From: Armatimonadota bacterium
GTDB lineage: Bacteria > Armatimonadota > HRBIN16
DNA: 64,000 bases
Direction of reading: 5' to 3'
NCBI GenBank assembly: GCA_963677485.1
Contig: OY781964.1
Location: 5,024,001-5,088,000, forward strand
Below are positions 1 through 10,081 of the stretch, piece by piece; within the stretch, counting starts at the first letter, position 1, and every line of letters starts with the position of its first letter. Position numbers and translations under genes: made by a program. The notes beneath the pieces are model-generated. The model did no database searches. It saw nothing but the letters and a program-made list of their open reading frames with translations, and was not told the origin of the DNA.

Positions 1-2184
1 GGCATTTACGGACTTCAGAACCAGCCCTTGAGGCAGCCTGACATGCAGAACACACCATGGCAGCGATTCTCTCTCAGGAAAGCTGATCATACCGGTGATC
101 TGCTTTGTCGCTTGGTTATATTTCATACCGTAGGTGACATCGCCATAATGGGTAGGAGCGTTCTTTACTCCCACCTCATTGCCATCATTGAGCCACTGCC
201 TGGCGGTACCAAGTGCCAAATGCAGCCCACCGTCGTTCTCCATCACCATACAATCCCTGACAGCTCGTACCACTGCGGCTGGTGTCCACAGATGCTGGCG
301 GTCACCGGAGGTTTTGTCCGTCCCCGGTTCCTGACCACGCTCTTCGCACCAAGTATACAACGGCGTGCCGTGGTTCAGCGTCGCATAGAGTAACCGGGCG
401 GCCTCGTCCCCATTACCACGCATCAGCTCTGCTTCCGCCACGTTGTCTAGTGACATCGCCACCCACATCCCGTCTGCCATCCAACCGGTATGAAGCTGTA
501 ACCCGCCCATACTTAAGTGCTGGTTCATATATCTCAGCGTGCCGGTGATCAACTCGTCATCCGCCAGTAATACCTCGCATGGGAAGGCCGTGTTGAGTGC
601 GCCCCAGCGGCTGCCGGAAGGATTTGCTGGTGAACCAGGGATCCACTTGTAACCATCTTCCTGTATAGCACCACGCCTCAGCACCGTCACGATATCTGTA
701 TGTGCCTGATCGTAGATCGCCTGACATTCTTTGATGTCATTGGCCTTCCCCAGAATCCGGGATGCCTCCAGAGTCAGCTTGTCGCAGTATACAGCCCATA
801 CGTTGTGAGGAATGAAATAGCCATACCAGCCATCTCCGGCATCGAGTCCGCAGTCACCCTGACCACGCGGCATCATGCCGAAATACAACGGCTTCACTCC
901 GTCTACCAGTACCCTGGTCCGCTGACGCTGCTTTTCTTGCCAGCGAGAGCAGGCCAGCATCTTGGGATACACCTTCTCAAGGTAACCACGGTCACCCGTC
1001 AGCTTGAAGTGCTCCATCGCAGCCCATGCCTTGAAACCGGCCATACCCCAGGCACTGTGTGACCATCCCGTCGGATCATCCCAGTCGCCATTCTTGCCCT
1101 GGATATCCAGCGATACCTGGTATCCGAGCGCGGATTCCTTATGTAGACCTGCTTGATCGAGCCCGACAGCCGCCATACTGGCTTCCCCGGAGTTCGGGCA
1201 CCTGTAGCCCTCAGTTCCTGGTGAACAGGCGATGTAACCCTTAGCTACCGGCTCGCGCATGATGAAGATATCACCAAGACTGGCGTAGTACGCATTACGT
1301 ACGCCAACATCCGGAATTTGGTATTGCACGGAGCGGTCCATCAGCTTGCGCCAGACCTGCTTTCCTTGCTCAAACTCCTTAGCCCAATCGTACGCCCGCA
1401 ACTTCGGCACATCTTCCTCGTATGCTTTGTAGGGTCGCACGAGCCATCCAGAGCCAATCTCACCTGGCTTCAGCTCCCATTCAAGCGCTATGGTCTTGGC
1501 AGCGGTATCTTTACGCAACGGGGTGTGGGCACCAGCAGCATACACGAGCACGCGGTCAGCCCGATCGAGCCATCCCGCACGCATGAAGTCTTGAGGATCA
1601 CCGGCGTTGATGTAGCCCGGCACCTCACCAAACGCCCCATTCATGGAAAAGACTACAGTATACCGATGAGGTGTGTTTGAACTGTTAGTCACTTTGACGC
1701 AGGTAATGGCCGCAGTCTTGCCGCCGACCACCTCCATGTCGAACGAACCATCCTGGTCACCATAGTTTGTGGCTAAGACCGGCAGGATCCCTTCCGCTCG
1801 CTGGTATCCGGGCTTACCCAGCCGTCGTCCATCAATCTCCGGCCATACATTCGCTGACCAGTTACAGTTCAATGGGGAAAACGCACCCAGAGGAATGCTC
1901 TTCAGATTGCCGTAGGTCCAGCGGAACTCCATTCTATCGGCAAACACATCGACCAGCGTCTTATCACTGCTGTCCGGAAGTGCCATCGTCATGCGATGTG
2001 GCAACCCAAATGAATAGGCGAAATCAACTTTCATATCTGTCATACCGGGCTTGGCTCCTTCTTGAATCTCCGCACATTGTGCTAAGAGTGACAGTCCCAC
2101 ACACGCTGCTGCCATGACAGGTTTGAGGAGATGGCTGCGTAACTTCGAATTGTCCGATGATCGAATATCCAGCGTCTCCATCAT
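1..2184 (-). CDS. Putative six-hairpin (alpha/alpha)6 glycoside hydrolase with N-terminal signal-like extension; 3' end runs off the window
   Basis: Absent from the ORF track because no stop lies in the window. Hand translation from ATG 2184 gives MMETLDIRSS...MKVDFAYSFGLPHRMTMALPDSSDKTL and ends ...PWCVLHVRLPQGLVLKSVNA at base 1 in the same frame. Clear paralog of 2181..4349; ATGA overlap with its stop. Confidence 0.85.
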   Translation of the reverse strand, partial: MMETLDIRSSDNSKLRSHLLKPVMAAACVGLSLLAQCAEIQEGAKPGMTDMKVDFAYSFGLPHRMTMALPDSSDKTLVDVFADRMEFRWTYGNLKSIPLGAFSPLNCNWSANVWPEIDGRRLGKPGYQRAEGILPVLATNYGDQDGSFDMEVVGGKTAAITCVKVTNSSNTPHRYTVVFSMNGAFGEVPGYINAGDPQDFMRAGWLDRADRVLVYAAGAHTPLRKDTAAKTIALEWELKPGEIGSGWLVRPYKAYEEDVPKLRAYDWAKEFEQGKQVWRKLMDRSVQYQIPDVGVRNAYYASLGDIFIMREPVAKGYIACSPGTEGYRCPNSGEASMAAVGLDQAGLHKESALGYQVSLDIQGKNGDWDDPTGWSHSAWGMAGFKAWAAMEHFKLTGDRGYLEKVYPKMLACSRWQEKQRQRTRVLVDGVKPLYFGMMPRGQGDCGLDAGDGWYGYFIPHNVWAVYCDKLTLEASRILGKANDIKECQAIYDQAHTDIVTVLRRGAIQEDGYKWIPGSPANPSGSRWGALNTAFPCEVLLADDELITGTLRYMNQHLSMGGLQLHTGWMADGMWVAMSLDNVAEAELMRGNGDEAARLLYATLNHGTPLYTWCEERGQEPGTDKTSGDRQHLWTPAAVVRAVRDCMVMENDGGLHLALGTARQWLNDGNEVGVKNAPTHYGDVTYGMKYNQATKQITGMISFPERESLPWCVLHVRLPQGLVLKSVNA

Positions 2185-4349
2185 AAAGCTCCCGCTTCCA
2201 TTGACTTAGGTTGACGTGGTGAGACACCCATTAGAATATCGATTTCCCCTAGTGGGTTCTGCCACTCAAGCGCAGACCCATCGGCATGAATAATGGCTCC
2301 AGATTCGGCGTTCACGGTGGTGATACACAGCCCTTCCGGTAGTCGGACATGCAGCACACAGCAAGGCACGGTCTGCCTGGATGGGAACTGGATATGCGCA
2401 GCCACCTGTGCTGTAGCCACATCATATTTCAGACTGTAGCTCACGCAGCCCCAATGCGTCGGCGCATTTTCTATCCCGAGCTCGCATCCGCTGCCCAGCC
2501 ACTGCCTGCCTGTACCGAGGGCCAAATGCAGCCCTCCATCTTTTTCCATCACCATACAGTCGCGGACCGCTCGCACCACAGCGGCGGGAGTCCACAGATG
2601 TTGAATGTCGCCCGAGATCTGCGCTGTACCGGGCTCTTGACCGCGCTCTTCGCACCATGAGTATAGCGGCGTGCCATGATTTAGCGTGGCATATAACAAC
2701 CGAACCGCTTCATCACCATTACCGCGCATCAGCTCCACTTCCGCCACGTTGTCAAGTGACATTGCCACCCACATACCATCGACCATCCAACCGGTATGAA
2801 TCTGAAGTCCGCCTGGGCTGAGCTGCTTGTTCATATACTTCAATGTGCCCGTGATGAGCTCATGATCAGCAGGAAGCACTTCACAAGGGAACGCCGTGTT
2901 GAGAGCACCCCAGCGGCTTCCTACCGGGTTCGATGGCGACCCAGGTATCCACCGATACCCATCTTCCTGAATGGCCCCTCGCTCCATGACGGCAACCAGT
3001 TCGGTGTGGGCTTGGTTGTATATCGCCTCGCACTCTTTCACGTCGTCTGCACGGCCGAGAATAACGGCGGCTTCCAGCGTGATTTTGTCGCAATAGACCG
3101 CCCACACGTTATGCGGGATGAAATAGCCATACAAGCCGTCTCCTGCATCAAGGCCGCAGTCCCCTTGTCCACGCGGCATCATGCCATAATGCAGTGGTTT
3201 CTCGCCGTCGACCAGCACCCTTGTGCGTTGACGCTGGCTCTCCTGCCAGTGGGAGCAGGCCAGCATCCGCGGATAAACCGCCTCCAGATACGCTGTGTCA
3301 CCGGTCAGCTTGTAGTGTTCCATCGCAGCCCATGCCTTGAATCCGGCCATCCCCCAGGCACTATGCGACCAGCCAGCGGGGTCATTCCAGTCCCCGTTCT
3401 CGCCTTGCATGTCGATTGATATTTGGTATCCGATGGCCGATTCGTGGTGCAATCCGGCTTGATCCAGCCCCACGGCAGCCATACTGGCTTCACCAGAGTT
3501 TGGACATCGGTAGCACTCCGTGCCCGGCGAACAGGCTATGTAGCCATCAGCCACCGGCTCACGCATGATGAAAATGTCCGCTAATCCGGCGTAATAAGCG
3601 TTCCGCACACCCGTGTCAGGAATGGTGTATTTGACCGCCTTGCTTATCAGCTCACGCCAGGCCTGTTTCCCCTGCTCAAACTCGGGTGACCAGTCCTTGG
3701 CCCGCAGGCTCTGAGTGTCGCTCACACACGCCCGGTAAGGTCGGACCAGCCAGCCGGAGGCGGTCTCACCCGGAGCCAGGTTCCATTCGACCGCGAATGT
3801 CTTCGCGGGTGTGTCACGCCTTCGCGGATTGGCACCGCCTTCCGCCATCATCAAAACACGATCGGCACGCTCGTTCCAGCCTGCCAGCGCGTAATCCAAA
3901 TCATCGCCATCGTTGATGTATCCAGGCACTTCACCAAAGGGGCCGTTGATGGAACAAACCACCGTGTATCGGTGATCTTGGTCTGATGAGTTAGCGACTG
4001 TGATGCGCGTGAGAGCAGCACTCTCACCGCCCACGGCCTCCATGTCAATCCGACCGTCGGATCCACCGTAATGGACGGACAGAACCGGAAGATAGCCTTC
4101 TGAACGCTGATAACTCGGTGCCTTGATCTTCTCGCCGTCCACCTCAACCCACACCTTGGCCGACCAGTTGCAGTTGAGGGGCATGAAGGCACCCAGCGGG
4201 GTGCTCTTCAGATCGCTATATGTCCATCGGAATTCCAGCCGGTCGTCGAACACGTCGATCAGCGTCTTGTCGCTGCTGTCAGGAAGGGCCACTGTCATAC
4301 GATGCGGTAACCCGAAAGCATACGAAAAATCTACTACCATATCATTCAT
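2181..4349 (-). CDS. Putative six-hairpin glycosidase-like protein (722 aa, no signal peptide)
   Basis: Long ORF with a GH-like helical core (EHYKLTGDTAYL, LYSWCEER, HLWTPAAV) and a C-terminal beta-sandwich (APTHWGCVSY). Family not assignable by eye. Confidence 0.7.
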   Translation of the reverse strand: MNDMVVDFSYAFGLPHRMTVALPDSSDKTLIDVFDDRLEFRWTYSDLKSTPLGAFMPLNCNWSAKVWVEVDGEKIKAPSYQRSEGYLPVLSVHYGGSDGRIDMEAVGGESAALTRITVANSSDQDHRYTVVCSINGPFGEVPGYINDGDDLDYALAGWNERADRVLMMAEGGANPRRRDTPAKTFAVEWNLAPGETASGWLVRPYRACVSDTQSLRAKDWSPEFEQGKQAWRELISKAVKYTIPDTGVRNAYYAGLADIFIMREPVADGYIACSPGTECYRCPNSGEASMAAVGLDQAGLHHESAIGYQISIDMQGENGDWNDPAGWSHSAWGMAGFKAWAAMEHYKLTGDTAYLEAVYPRMLACSHWQESQRQRTRVLVDGEKPLHYGMMPRGQGDCGLDAGDGLYGYFIPHNVWAVYCDKITLEAAVILGRADDVKECEAIYNQAHTELVAVMERGAIQEDGYRWIPGSPSNPVGSRWGALNTAFPCEVLPADHELITGTLKYMNKQLSPGGLQIHTGWMVDGMWVAMSLDNVAEVELMRGNGDEAVRLLYATLNHGTPLYSWCEERGQEPGTAQISGDIQHLWTPAAVVRAVRDCMVMEKDGGLHLALGTGRQWLGSGCELGIENAPTHWGCVSYSLKYDVATAQVAAHIQFPSRQTVPCCVLHVRLPEGLCITTVNAESGAIIHADGSALEWQNPLGEIDILMGVSPRQPKSMEAGAL

Positions 4350-4604
4350 TATCGTGAGACTCCTTCACATCTGCGCACGGGCATTGCCTATATGCGCATT
4401 TACACTGCAATAGATTTCCCGCTCGATCTGCCAATTCCTGCATTTCTATCGATGCGGAACAAATCATACAGCAGCGGGTGATTCTGTCTCGGCTCAGCTC
4501 GCTTTTCCACAAGTCGAAACCCTGGCACTAAGTTGACATCAACTGTATAGTCATGAATACTGCAATCCATAGATGAGACATACAAACAAAACAGGCGGTG
4601 TTAC

Positions 4605-5678
4605 GTGAATAGAATGATGACAGGAATTCTTCTTCTCGCACTCGCCCTCATATCATGCCTTGGTTGTTCTGCAGATACTCTGAAGGGTGAGGAAAACAGC
4701 TCCAAAGTGTGGATGATCCCGCCGCCCTGGTCGGAGGGTGCTTGCCTGAAGGAGCTGGTGAAATACGAGGGCCAATGGAAGCAGACCCGCGCACGGGTTG
4801 ACGGCATCGGATACTACCTGTGGCTTCTGAACCACCAGTTTTCGGACGTGGAACTCAATGCACTTTTCCACAAGGTGAATGATTGGGGGCTGGAGTTCTC
4901 ACTTGAAGTGCCAGTGTTGAAAGGGGCGGACTGGGGTTTCAAGGATCCATTGGACGCCGACACAGCATTCGCCAAATACCAGCAACTCACCAAGCGGTTT
5001 GAAGCCGATGGCATGAAGTCTGTCGATGTCGTCAGCTTTGATGAGCCGGTATTCGCCTCTGCTCATCCGATCCCCGCACAGCTCGCGCAGGGTCTGCTGC
5101 CAAAGGATACAGGACTGCCCAGCCAGGCTCTGACCGTCAAGGAGAGGATGACCTACGGTATAGCTCAGACCGCGGCTTTCATCGGGATGATGCGGAAGAG
5201 TTATCCGAAAACCATGCTGGGTGACATTGAGCCCTACCCCACCCTCAGCTACGATGAGATCACATACGCCATCGATGGAATTCAGAAAGCCTGCCTCGAT
5301 AAGGGTATCAAGGGGTTGGAGTTCTTTCGGCTCGATTTCGACTGGGCCAGTATGTCCACGAGCAACCGTGGCTCCTGGAGCGAGGTGAAGAAGATTGAGG
5401 AGTTCTGCCATTCCAAGGGCATCAGGTTTGGCATGATCTACTGGGCACCCGACCACGAGTTTCTGATGCTCAAAGGCATTAACAACCCGATGGCATGGTA
5501 TGTTGGCATGATGCACCAAGGCGGTGCCTACGCGCTGGTCAATGGCAAGCCTGATGAGTATGTGCTGCAAAGCTGGATGCACATACCCGTCCACGCCGTG
5601 CCAGAGAGCGACATCACCACCTTCTCCCGTTCCGTGCTGGATTTCTGCAAGAGCTTTGTGGATAAGAAGAGCAAGTAA
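4605..5678 (+). CDS. Secreted hypothetical protein, possibly a TIM-barrel glycosidase
   Basis: 357-aa ORF with hydrophobic signal peptide and VSFDEP / GDIEP acidic motifs; TTGACA-N17-AATACT lies upstream. Confidence 0.6.
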   Translation: MNRMMTGILLLALALISCLGCSADTLKGEENSSKVWMIPPPWSEGACLKELVKYEGQWKQTRARVDGIGYYLWLLNHQFSDVELNALFHKVNDWGLEFSLEVPVLKGADWGFKDPLDADTAFAKYQQLTKRFEADGMKSVDVVSFDEPVFASAHPIPAQLAQGLLPKDTGLPSQALTVKERMTYGIAQTAAFIGMMRKSYPKTMLGDIEPYPTLSYDEITYAIDGIQKACLDKGIKGLEFFRLDFDWASMSTSNRGSWSEVKKIEEFCHSKGIRFGMIYWAPDHEFLMLKGINNPMAWYVGMMHQGGAYALVNGKPDEYVLQSWMHIPVHAVPESDITTFSRSVLDFCKSFVDKKSK

Positions 5679-5691
5679 TGAGATTTGTCAG

Positions 5692-5820
5692 AACCACGGA
5701 TCACACGGATGACACGGATTGACAGGATGGAGAGGCGAAACCACCTTTGCGTTTCTTGCCCCTTTGCGTCTTTGCGTTGGATTCCGTTCCCCTTCGCGCC
5801 TTCGCGTCTTCGCGTGAGAC
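5692..5820. repeat. Intergenic short-period repeat cluster (ACACGGAT-type and CTT(T/C)GCG(T/C)-type units)
   Basis: CCACGGATCACACGGATGACACGGATT, then CTTTGCGTCTTTGCGT and CTTCGCGCCTTCGCGTCTTCGCGTGAGA, between convergent genes. Confidence 0.7.
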
Positions 5821-5833
5821 AATCCCCTACCGC

Positions 5834-7849
5834 TCAAAACCTCAATGCCACATACGAAAAGGCCGGCACCAGGACGTCCATCTCGTATCGCCCGTATACC
5901 AACTTCGACTGATACCCCTTCGGAGCATATGGCGTGCGCACCGTCACGGATTGGGCCGAATCGGTGTTGTTATACACGATGTTGGCACTGATGGAGACTT
6001 GCTCCATATGGTCGCCCAGGAACGGCACCATCGTCCGAAGCTTGGGAGAACGCACACGGTAATCTACATGGGCGTGGTCCAGTATCCCTTTGAAAAGTGC
6101 ATAACTGAAGGCGTTATCGGGATGCTGCGCATCATAGGGTCCCCACATATCGACCTCATTCGCCGAGACATCCGCGGATCCGCTCTGCTCCGGTGGCACG
6201 CGCTTCGGATTGTAGCAGCAAGCTGCAAACAGGTCACCATGCAGAAATAGCCATCTACCGTACCCACTTAACACCGCTTCACCGCCACATGTGATGGTGC
6301 TCTTCATCCCGGCAGGTGCCCGCTCAAACCGGAAGCTTTCGTTCAGTTTCACAGACACCGACAAGCCGCGTAGGTTTGTGGTGATCTGGCTCACACCCAG
6401 CAGCGACAGCGGGCCCGCCACCCCATCCTGGTAACTCATCACCATATCGTTCCATCTGGTGGTCTGACCTGGCTCCACCAGATCACCATCCAGGGCTCTG
6501 GCAAACTGACCAGTGAATAACACCGTCGCGGTGCATTTGCGCAACTTCTCGATGGTCTCTCGCATCACATACGAAGCCGAGGGCACTATGATCAGCTTGA
6601 ACTGGTTCATTTCACGGATGCTCATCTTGTCCAGCCGCGGAGAGGCGTATCGAGCCATCTGGCAGCCGTACATCCGCAGCATCACATCCATCAGCGCGGC
6701 ATCAACAAAATGGGAGGGTGACTCACTGAGTGTGGCCGCCGCATAAGTGGGAAACACCAGCAGCACATCGCGCTTCACGGCTTCCAGCGGCTCATTATGA
6801 AGCCTCTTAATGCTGGGCGTGAAGTAGTCTTCCCACCTGTCAAACTGCATCCTCGCAGCTTGCTCTTCACTCCATCCGTAGTTCTTCGCGTAGTCATTGG
6901 TAAGCTGACAGCTCACAAACCGCTGGCCCTCACCCCGCTTGCGGGCACACAACGGGAGGTAGTAGTTGCGGTAATCGCGCCATGACTTGCACCGGTAGCG
7001 AAAACCCATCGTCTCGCCCAGCGACTTCTCCGGGTGGTGATTGGTCTGGAACGGGAAGCAGCTTTCATATAGCGCGAAATCGGCTGATGGCAGCTCCACC
7101 ATGGTCCATAGGTAACCGATGACCGGATAGAGCTCCTGCCAGCTCCCCACTGGCCGACCGTTCGCCAGTTGCTTCAACCGCTTGATGACGGCATCAAAGT
7201 GCTGTTCCATATAGAGATATCGGAATCTGATGAAGTGATTGTAGTCTGTATTCGGTCCATATTTCCGTGTGGGCAGTGCCTCAAGCGGTCGCAGCTTTCG
7301 TTCTACCCGCCACTCATTGAAGCAAGCCAGCGCATGTTCGCTGCGGCCAGCCTCAAATGAGGTGAAACCCGCCTCACCGTATATACCCCAAGTCGGCGCA
7401 AAAGCAACCACCTTGGGATCATCACGGTAGTGCTTGATCACCTCAGAGTGGTACCACTCGTACCGCTGCATCGCATCTGGCCAGAAGGGGTCAAGCTGGT
7501 TCGGTATCCGCTTCCCGCCCTCATCAACATCCCAGAACTGGCCATCACCCAGACCGACCCAGCCCAGTATCGCCATGACGATACTGAAGCCCTTCACTTT
7601 TGCTTGGGCTACCTGCCGGTCGGTCTCAGCAAAATCTATAGTTTTCCCATCAGCCGACACGCCCGGATGCACCTTCAAGAATATCGCGGTATTACCGGCG
7701 CGGAGGGCATCATCCATCTGGTCTGGCGTGACACCGGTCATGGGCATCCAAATCTGGTATTTCGCCAGCGGGTTCAAGTCCTGGCATTCGCACCGACGAT
7801 GACACAATAATAACACCCCAAAAACCATGATAATCGGCCATACCAGCAT
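5834..7849 (-). CDS. Secreted GH42-like TIM-barrel glycoside hydrolase (putative)
   Basis: The track ORF start overlaps the tRNA. ATG 7849 (MLVWPIIMVFG) has a GGTGAGG RBS and a signal peptide. IDFAETDRQVAQAK, LDPFWPD and WGIYGEAG motifs plus a C-terminal FKLIIVP trimerisation-like domain. Confidence 0.6.
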   Translation of the reverse strand: MLVWPIIMVFGVLLLCHRRCECQDLNPLAKYQIWMPMTGVTPDQMDDALRAGNTAIFLKVHPGVSADGKTIDFAETDRQVAQAKVKGFSIVMAILGWVGLGDGQFWDVDEGGKRIPNQLDPFWPDAMQRYEWYHSEVIKHYRDDPKVVAFAPTWGIYGEAGFTSFEAGRSEHALACFNEWRVERKLRPLEALPTRKYGPNTDYNHFIRFRYLYMEQHFDAVIKRLKQLANGRPVGSWQELYPVIGYLWTMVELPSADFALYESCFPFQTNHHPEKSLGETMGFRYRCKSWRDYRNYYLPLCARKRGEGQRFVSCQLTNDYAKNYGWSEEQAARMQFDRWEDYFTPSIKRLHNEPLEAVKRDVLLVFPTYAAATLSESPSHFVDAALMDVMLRMYGCQMARYASPRLDKMSIREMNQFKLIIVPSASYVMRETIEKLRKCTATVLFTGQFARALDGDLVEPGQTTRWNDMVMSYQDGVAGPLSLLGVSQITTNLRGLSVSVKLNESFRFERAPAGMKSTITCGGEAVLSGYGRWLFLHGDLFAACCYNPKRVPPEQSGSADVSANEVDMWGPYDAQHPDNAFSYALFKGILDHAHVDYRVRSPKLRTMVPFLGDHMEQVSISANIVYNNTDSAQSVTVRTPYAPKGYQSKLVYGRYEMDVLVPAFSYVALRF

Positions 7850-7897
7850 GATAAGAACCTCACCTGAACGATTGTAATAAGTCACCGCAGCGCTTCT

Positions 7898-7963
7898 ATT
7901 ATGGCCATTGGCTAGCGGTGTGTCAACCAGGTTTTGACGAACACCCCCACCAGCCGGTATAAT
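7898..7963. promoter_or_regulatory. Divergent sigma70-type promoters (tRNA on +, glycosidase on -)
   Basis: + strand TTGACG(7934)-N18-TATAAT(7958); - strand TTGACA(7926-7921)-N17-CATAAT(7903-7898). Confidence 0.6.
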
Positions 7964-7986
7964 AGCTGATGTGCGCCATACGATCT

Positions 7987-8075
7987 GGAGAGGTCGCATA
8001 GCTGGTCTAGTGCGCCCGCCTCGAAAGCGGGTATCCCTCACGGGATCGCGGGTTCGAATCCCGCCCTCTCCGCCA
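7987..8075 (+). tRNA. tRNA-Ser (anticodon CGA)
   Basis: Acceptor stem GGAGAGG/CCTCTCC plus GCCA; anticodon arm CCCGC-CTCGAAA-GCGGG; long variable arm ATCCC-TCAC-GGGAT; T-loop GGTTCGAATCC. Confidence 0.97.
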
Positions 8076-8153
8076 CCCCCACCCCGTATTATTTCTGCGT
8101 GACCTCTACGTGCCTGAAACTGTATAATGAGTTGGAAGGTCCCATAGGTTTAT

Positions 8154-9185
8154 ATGAGCAGTTCATTTACAGAACCCCTGACAAATCAAACATTTGAAGC
8201 CCTTCAGAAGTCACTTCCTGAGGGCGTTTCTGTAATTCGCGATCACCCACTGGCCCCGATGACCACATTTCACACCGGTGGAACGGCCAAGTGGTTCATC
8301 GACGCTGTAGACAGCGACACGCTTGCTTCCGCGAGTCTGTCCGCACAGAGGTTGTCAATCCCCTACGTGGTGATAGGCAGCGGAAGTAATTTGCTGATCA
8401 GCGATGAGGGCATCCCTTCACTGGTGATCCGGAACCGCTCCGCGGCCTGCCAGATGGGCGAACTCACCATAGCGGACACTGGGGTCAGCCTCTCACGCCT
8501 ATTCGCACTCAGCCGCCGCGCGGCGCTGTCCGGGCTAGAGTTCGCGGTGGGCATTCCTGGCACCCTGGGCGGCGCACTGGTCTCCAACGCGGGGGCATAC
8601 AGACAGAACATCAGTGACGTGGTCAAGCGGGTTGAGGTGGTCACCCAAGGCGAACAGGCCTGGTATGACGCCGACTGGATGCGGTTCAGCTACCGCCACA
8701 GCATACTACGTGATTCACAGGCACCTGACGCCGTGCTGATTAAAGCGGAAATCGCATTGAAACACGATGATCCCTACGCCATCGCAGCCAGGTCACTGGA
8801 ATTTCAACAGCAGCGAAAAGGCAAGCAACCGCTGGAGCGTTCCGCGGGTTCGTTCTTTAAAAATGTGATCAACCCAGAGCTGGCTGCCAGCTTCCCCGGC
8901 CTGTCTGATGCGCTGCGGCAGTCAGGCGTCATCCCGGCCGGTGCCATCGTGGAAGCCGCCGGGCTCAAGGGCATCAGACTCGGCGATGCTCAGATATCGC
9001 CAAAGCACGCCAACTTCATTGTCAACAATGCACATGCGACATCTACTCAGATACGCAGTCTTGCCAACTATGTCAAGAGACGTGTGTATGACCGCTTCGG
9101 TGTAATGCTGGAGGAAGAGGTCTTGCAGATCGGCGATTGGAGCCATTATAAACCCATCCCATGGGAGGATATATCTAACTTATGA
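8154..9185 (+). CDS. murB: UDP-N-acetylmuramate dehydrogenase
   Basis: GSGSNLL, GIPGTLGGALVSNAGAY, FSYRHS, SAGSFFKN, KHANFIVN motifs. Confidence 0.95.
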   Translation: MSSSFTEPLTNQTFEALQKSLPEGVSVIRDHPLAPMTTFHTGGTAKWFIDAVDSDTLASASLSAQRLSIPYVVIGSGSNLLISDEGIPSLVIRNRSAACQMGELTIADTGVSLSRLFALSRRAALSGLEFAVGIPGTLGGALVSNAGAYRQNISDVVKRVEVVTQGEQAWYDADWMRFSYRHSILRDSQAPDAVLIKAEIALKHDDPYAIAARSLEFQQQRKGKQPLERSAGSFFKNVINPELAASFPGLSDALRQSGVIPAGAIVEAAGLKGIRLGDAQISPKHANFIVNNAHATSTQIRSLANYVKRRVYDRFGVMLEEEVLQIGDWSHYKPIPWEDISNL

Positions 9186-10081
9186 GCTTTCAGGTAGCGA
9201 TTGGGCAAATCAGCCCGCGTAAAGCGGACGTGAAGGGTAATCTCGACCGTATCGTCGAGATGGTCACCTCTTTATGCCAAAGCGACACGCCTCCAGACCT
9301 TGTGGTTTTTCCCGAAACCGCCAACAGCGGCTACTTTCTGCAAGGAGGTGTCCGTGAGGTGGCTCTGAGCAGTGAAGATCTCTGTTCTGAGTTGACCCAG
9401 CGGTTTGTCTCCAGTGGCATCACACGCGAGGTCGATGTCGCCCTAGGGTTCTATGAGCTCTGGGAAGGGAATATCTACAACTCGGCCGCTTACCTGAATT
9501 TCAACCCTGAAGACCCAGCGTGTGGCACTCTCATTCATACCCATCGCAAGTTTTTCTTGCCCACCTATGGCGTATTTGATGAGGCCAGGTTTGTAGCACG
9601 CGGGCGCAGTATCAACAGCTTCCAAACCCGCTTTGGCAAGATGACCATTCTGGTATGTGAAGACGCCTGGCACAGCATCACCCCCACCCTGGCGGCCCTG
9701 CAGGGGGCTGAGATGCTGCTGGTTCTATCCGCATCACCTGGCCGCGGCTTCCAGACCGACCGCCCCAGCAATGTGGAGAAATGGCAGCGGCTTCTTCAAG
9801 CCATCGCTGAGGAACACGGCGTCTGGGTGATCAACTCCAGTCTGGTCGGATTTGAGGGTGGTAAAGGCTTCGTGGGTAGTTCGATGATCATCGGCCCCTT
9901 CGGTAACCTGGTGGGACAAGCCCCCCTGCTGACCGAATGTGTGCTGACCGGCACCATCGACCCGGAGGACATCCCTGTGGCACGGGCGAACTCACCCTAT
10001 CTGGCCGACCTGCGTGCGGCCATGCCCGATATACTAAACCAGATTGAAGACATTCTGGCCAACCTCAGGAGGAACAGTTGA
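9182..10081 (+). CDS. Carbon-nitrogen hydrolase (nitrilase family); likely glutaminase subunit of NAD synthetase
   Basis: VVFPE, HRKFFLPTYGVFDE and VCEDAW give the E-K-C triad; translationally coupled to nadE. Confidence 0.85.
   Translation: MSFQVAIGQISPRKADVKGNLDRIVEMVTSLCQSDTPPDLVVFPETANSGYFLQGGVREVALSSEDLCSELTQRFVSSGITREVDVALGFYELWEGNIYNSAAYLNFNPEDPACGTLIHTHRKFFLPTYGVFDEARFVARGRSINSFQTRFGKMTILVCEDAWHSITPTLAALQGAEMLLVLSASPGRGFQTDRPSNVEKWQRLLQAIAEEHGVWVINSSLVGFEGGKGFVGSSMIIGPFGNLVGQAPLLTECVLTGTIDPEDIPVARANSPYLADLRAAMPDILNQIEDILANLRRNS

Noticed and set aside
7850-8041. ORF extension antisense to tRNA-Ser
   Set aside because: Chance open frame; a start with RBS and signal peptide exists at 7849.
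7987-8153. tRNA-Ser as an island or prophage attachment site
   Set aside because: The 3' neighbour is murB; no integrase and no duplicated tRNA 3' end were seen.
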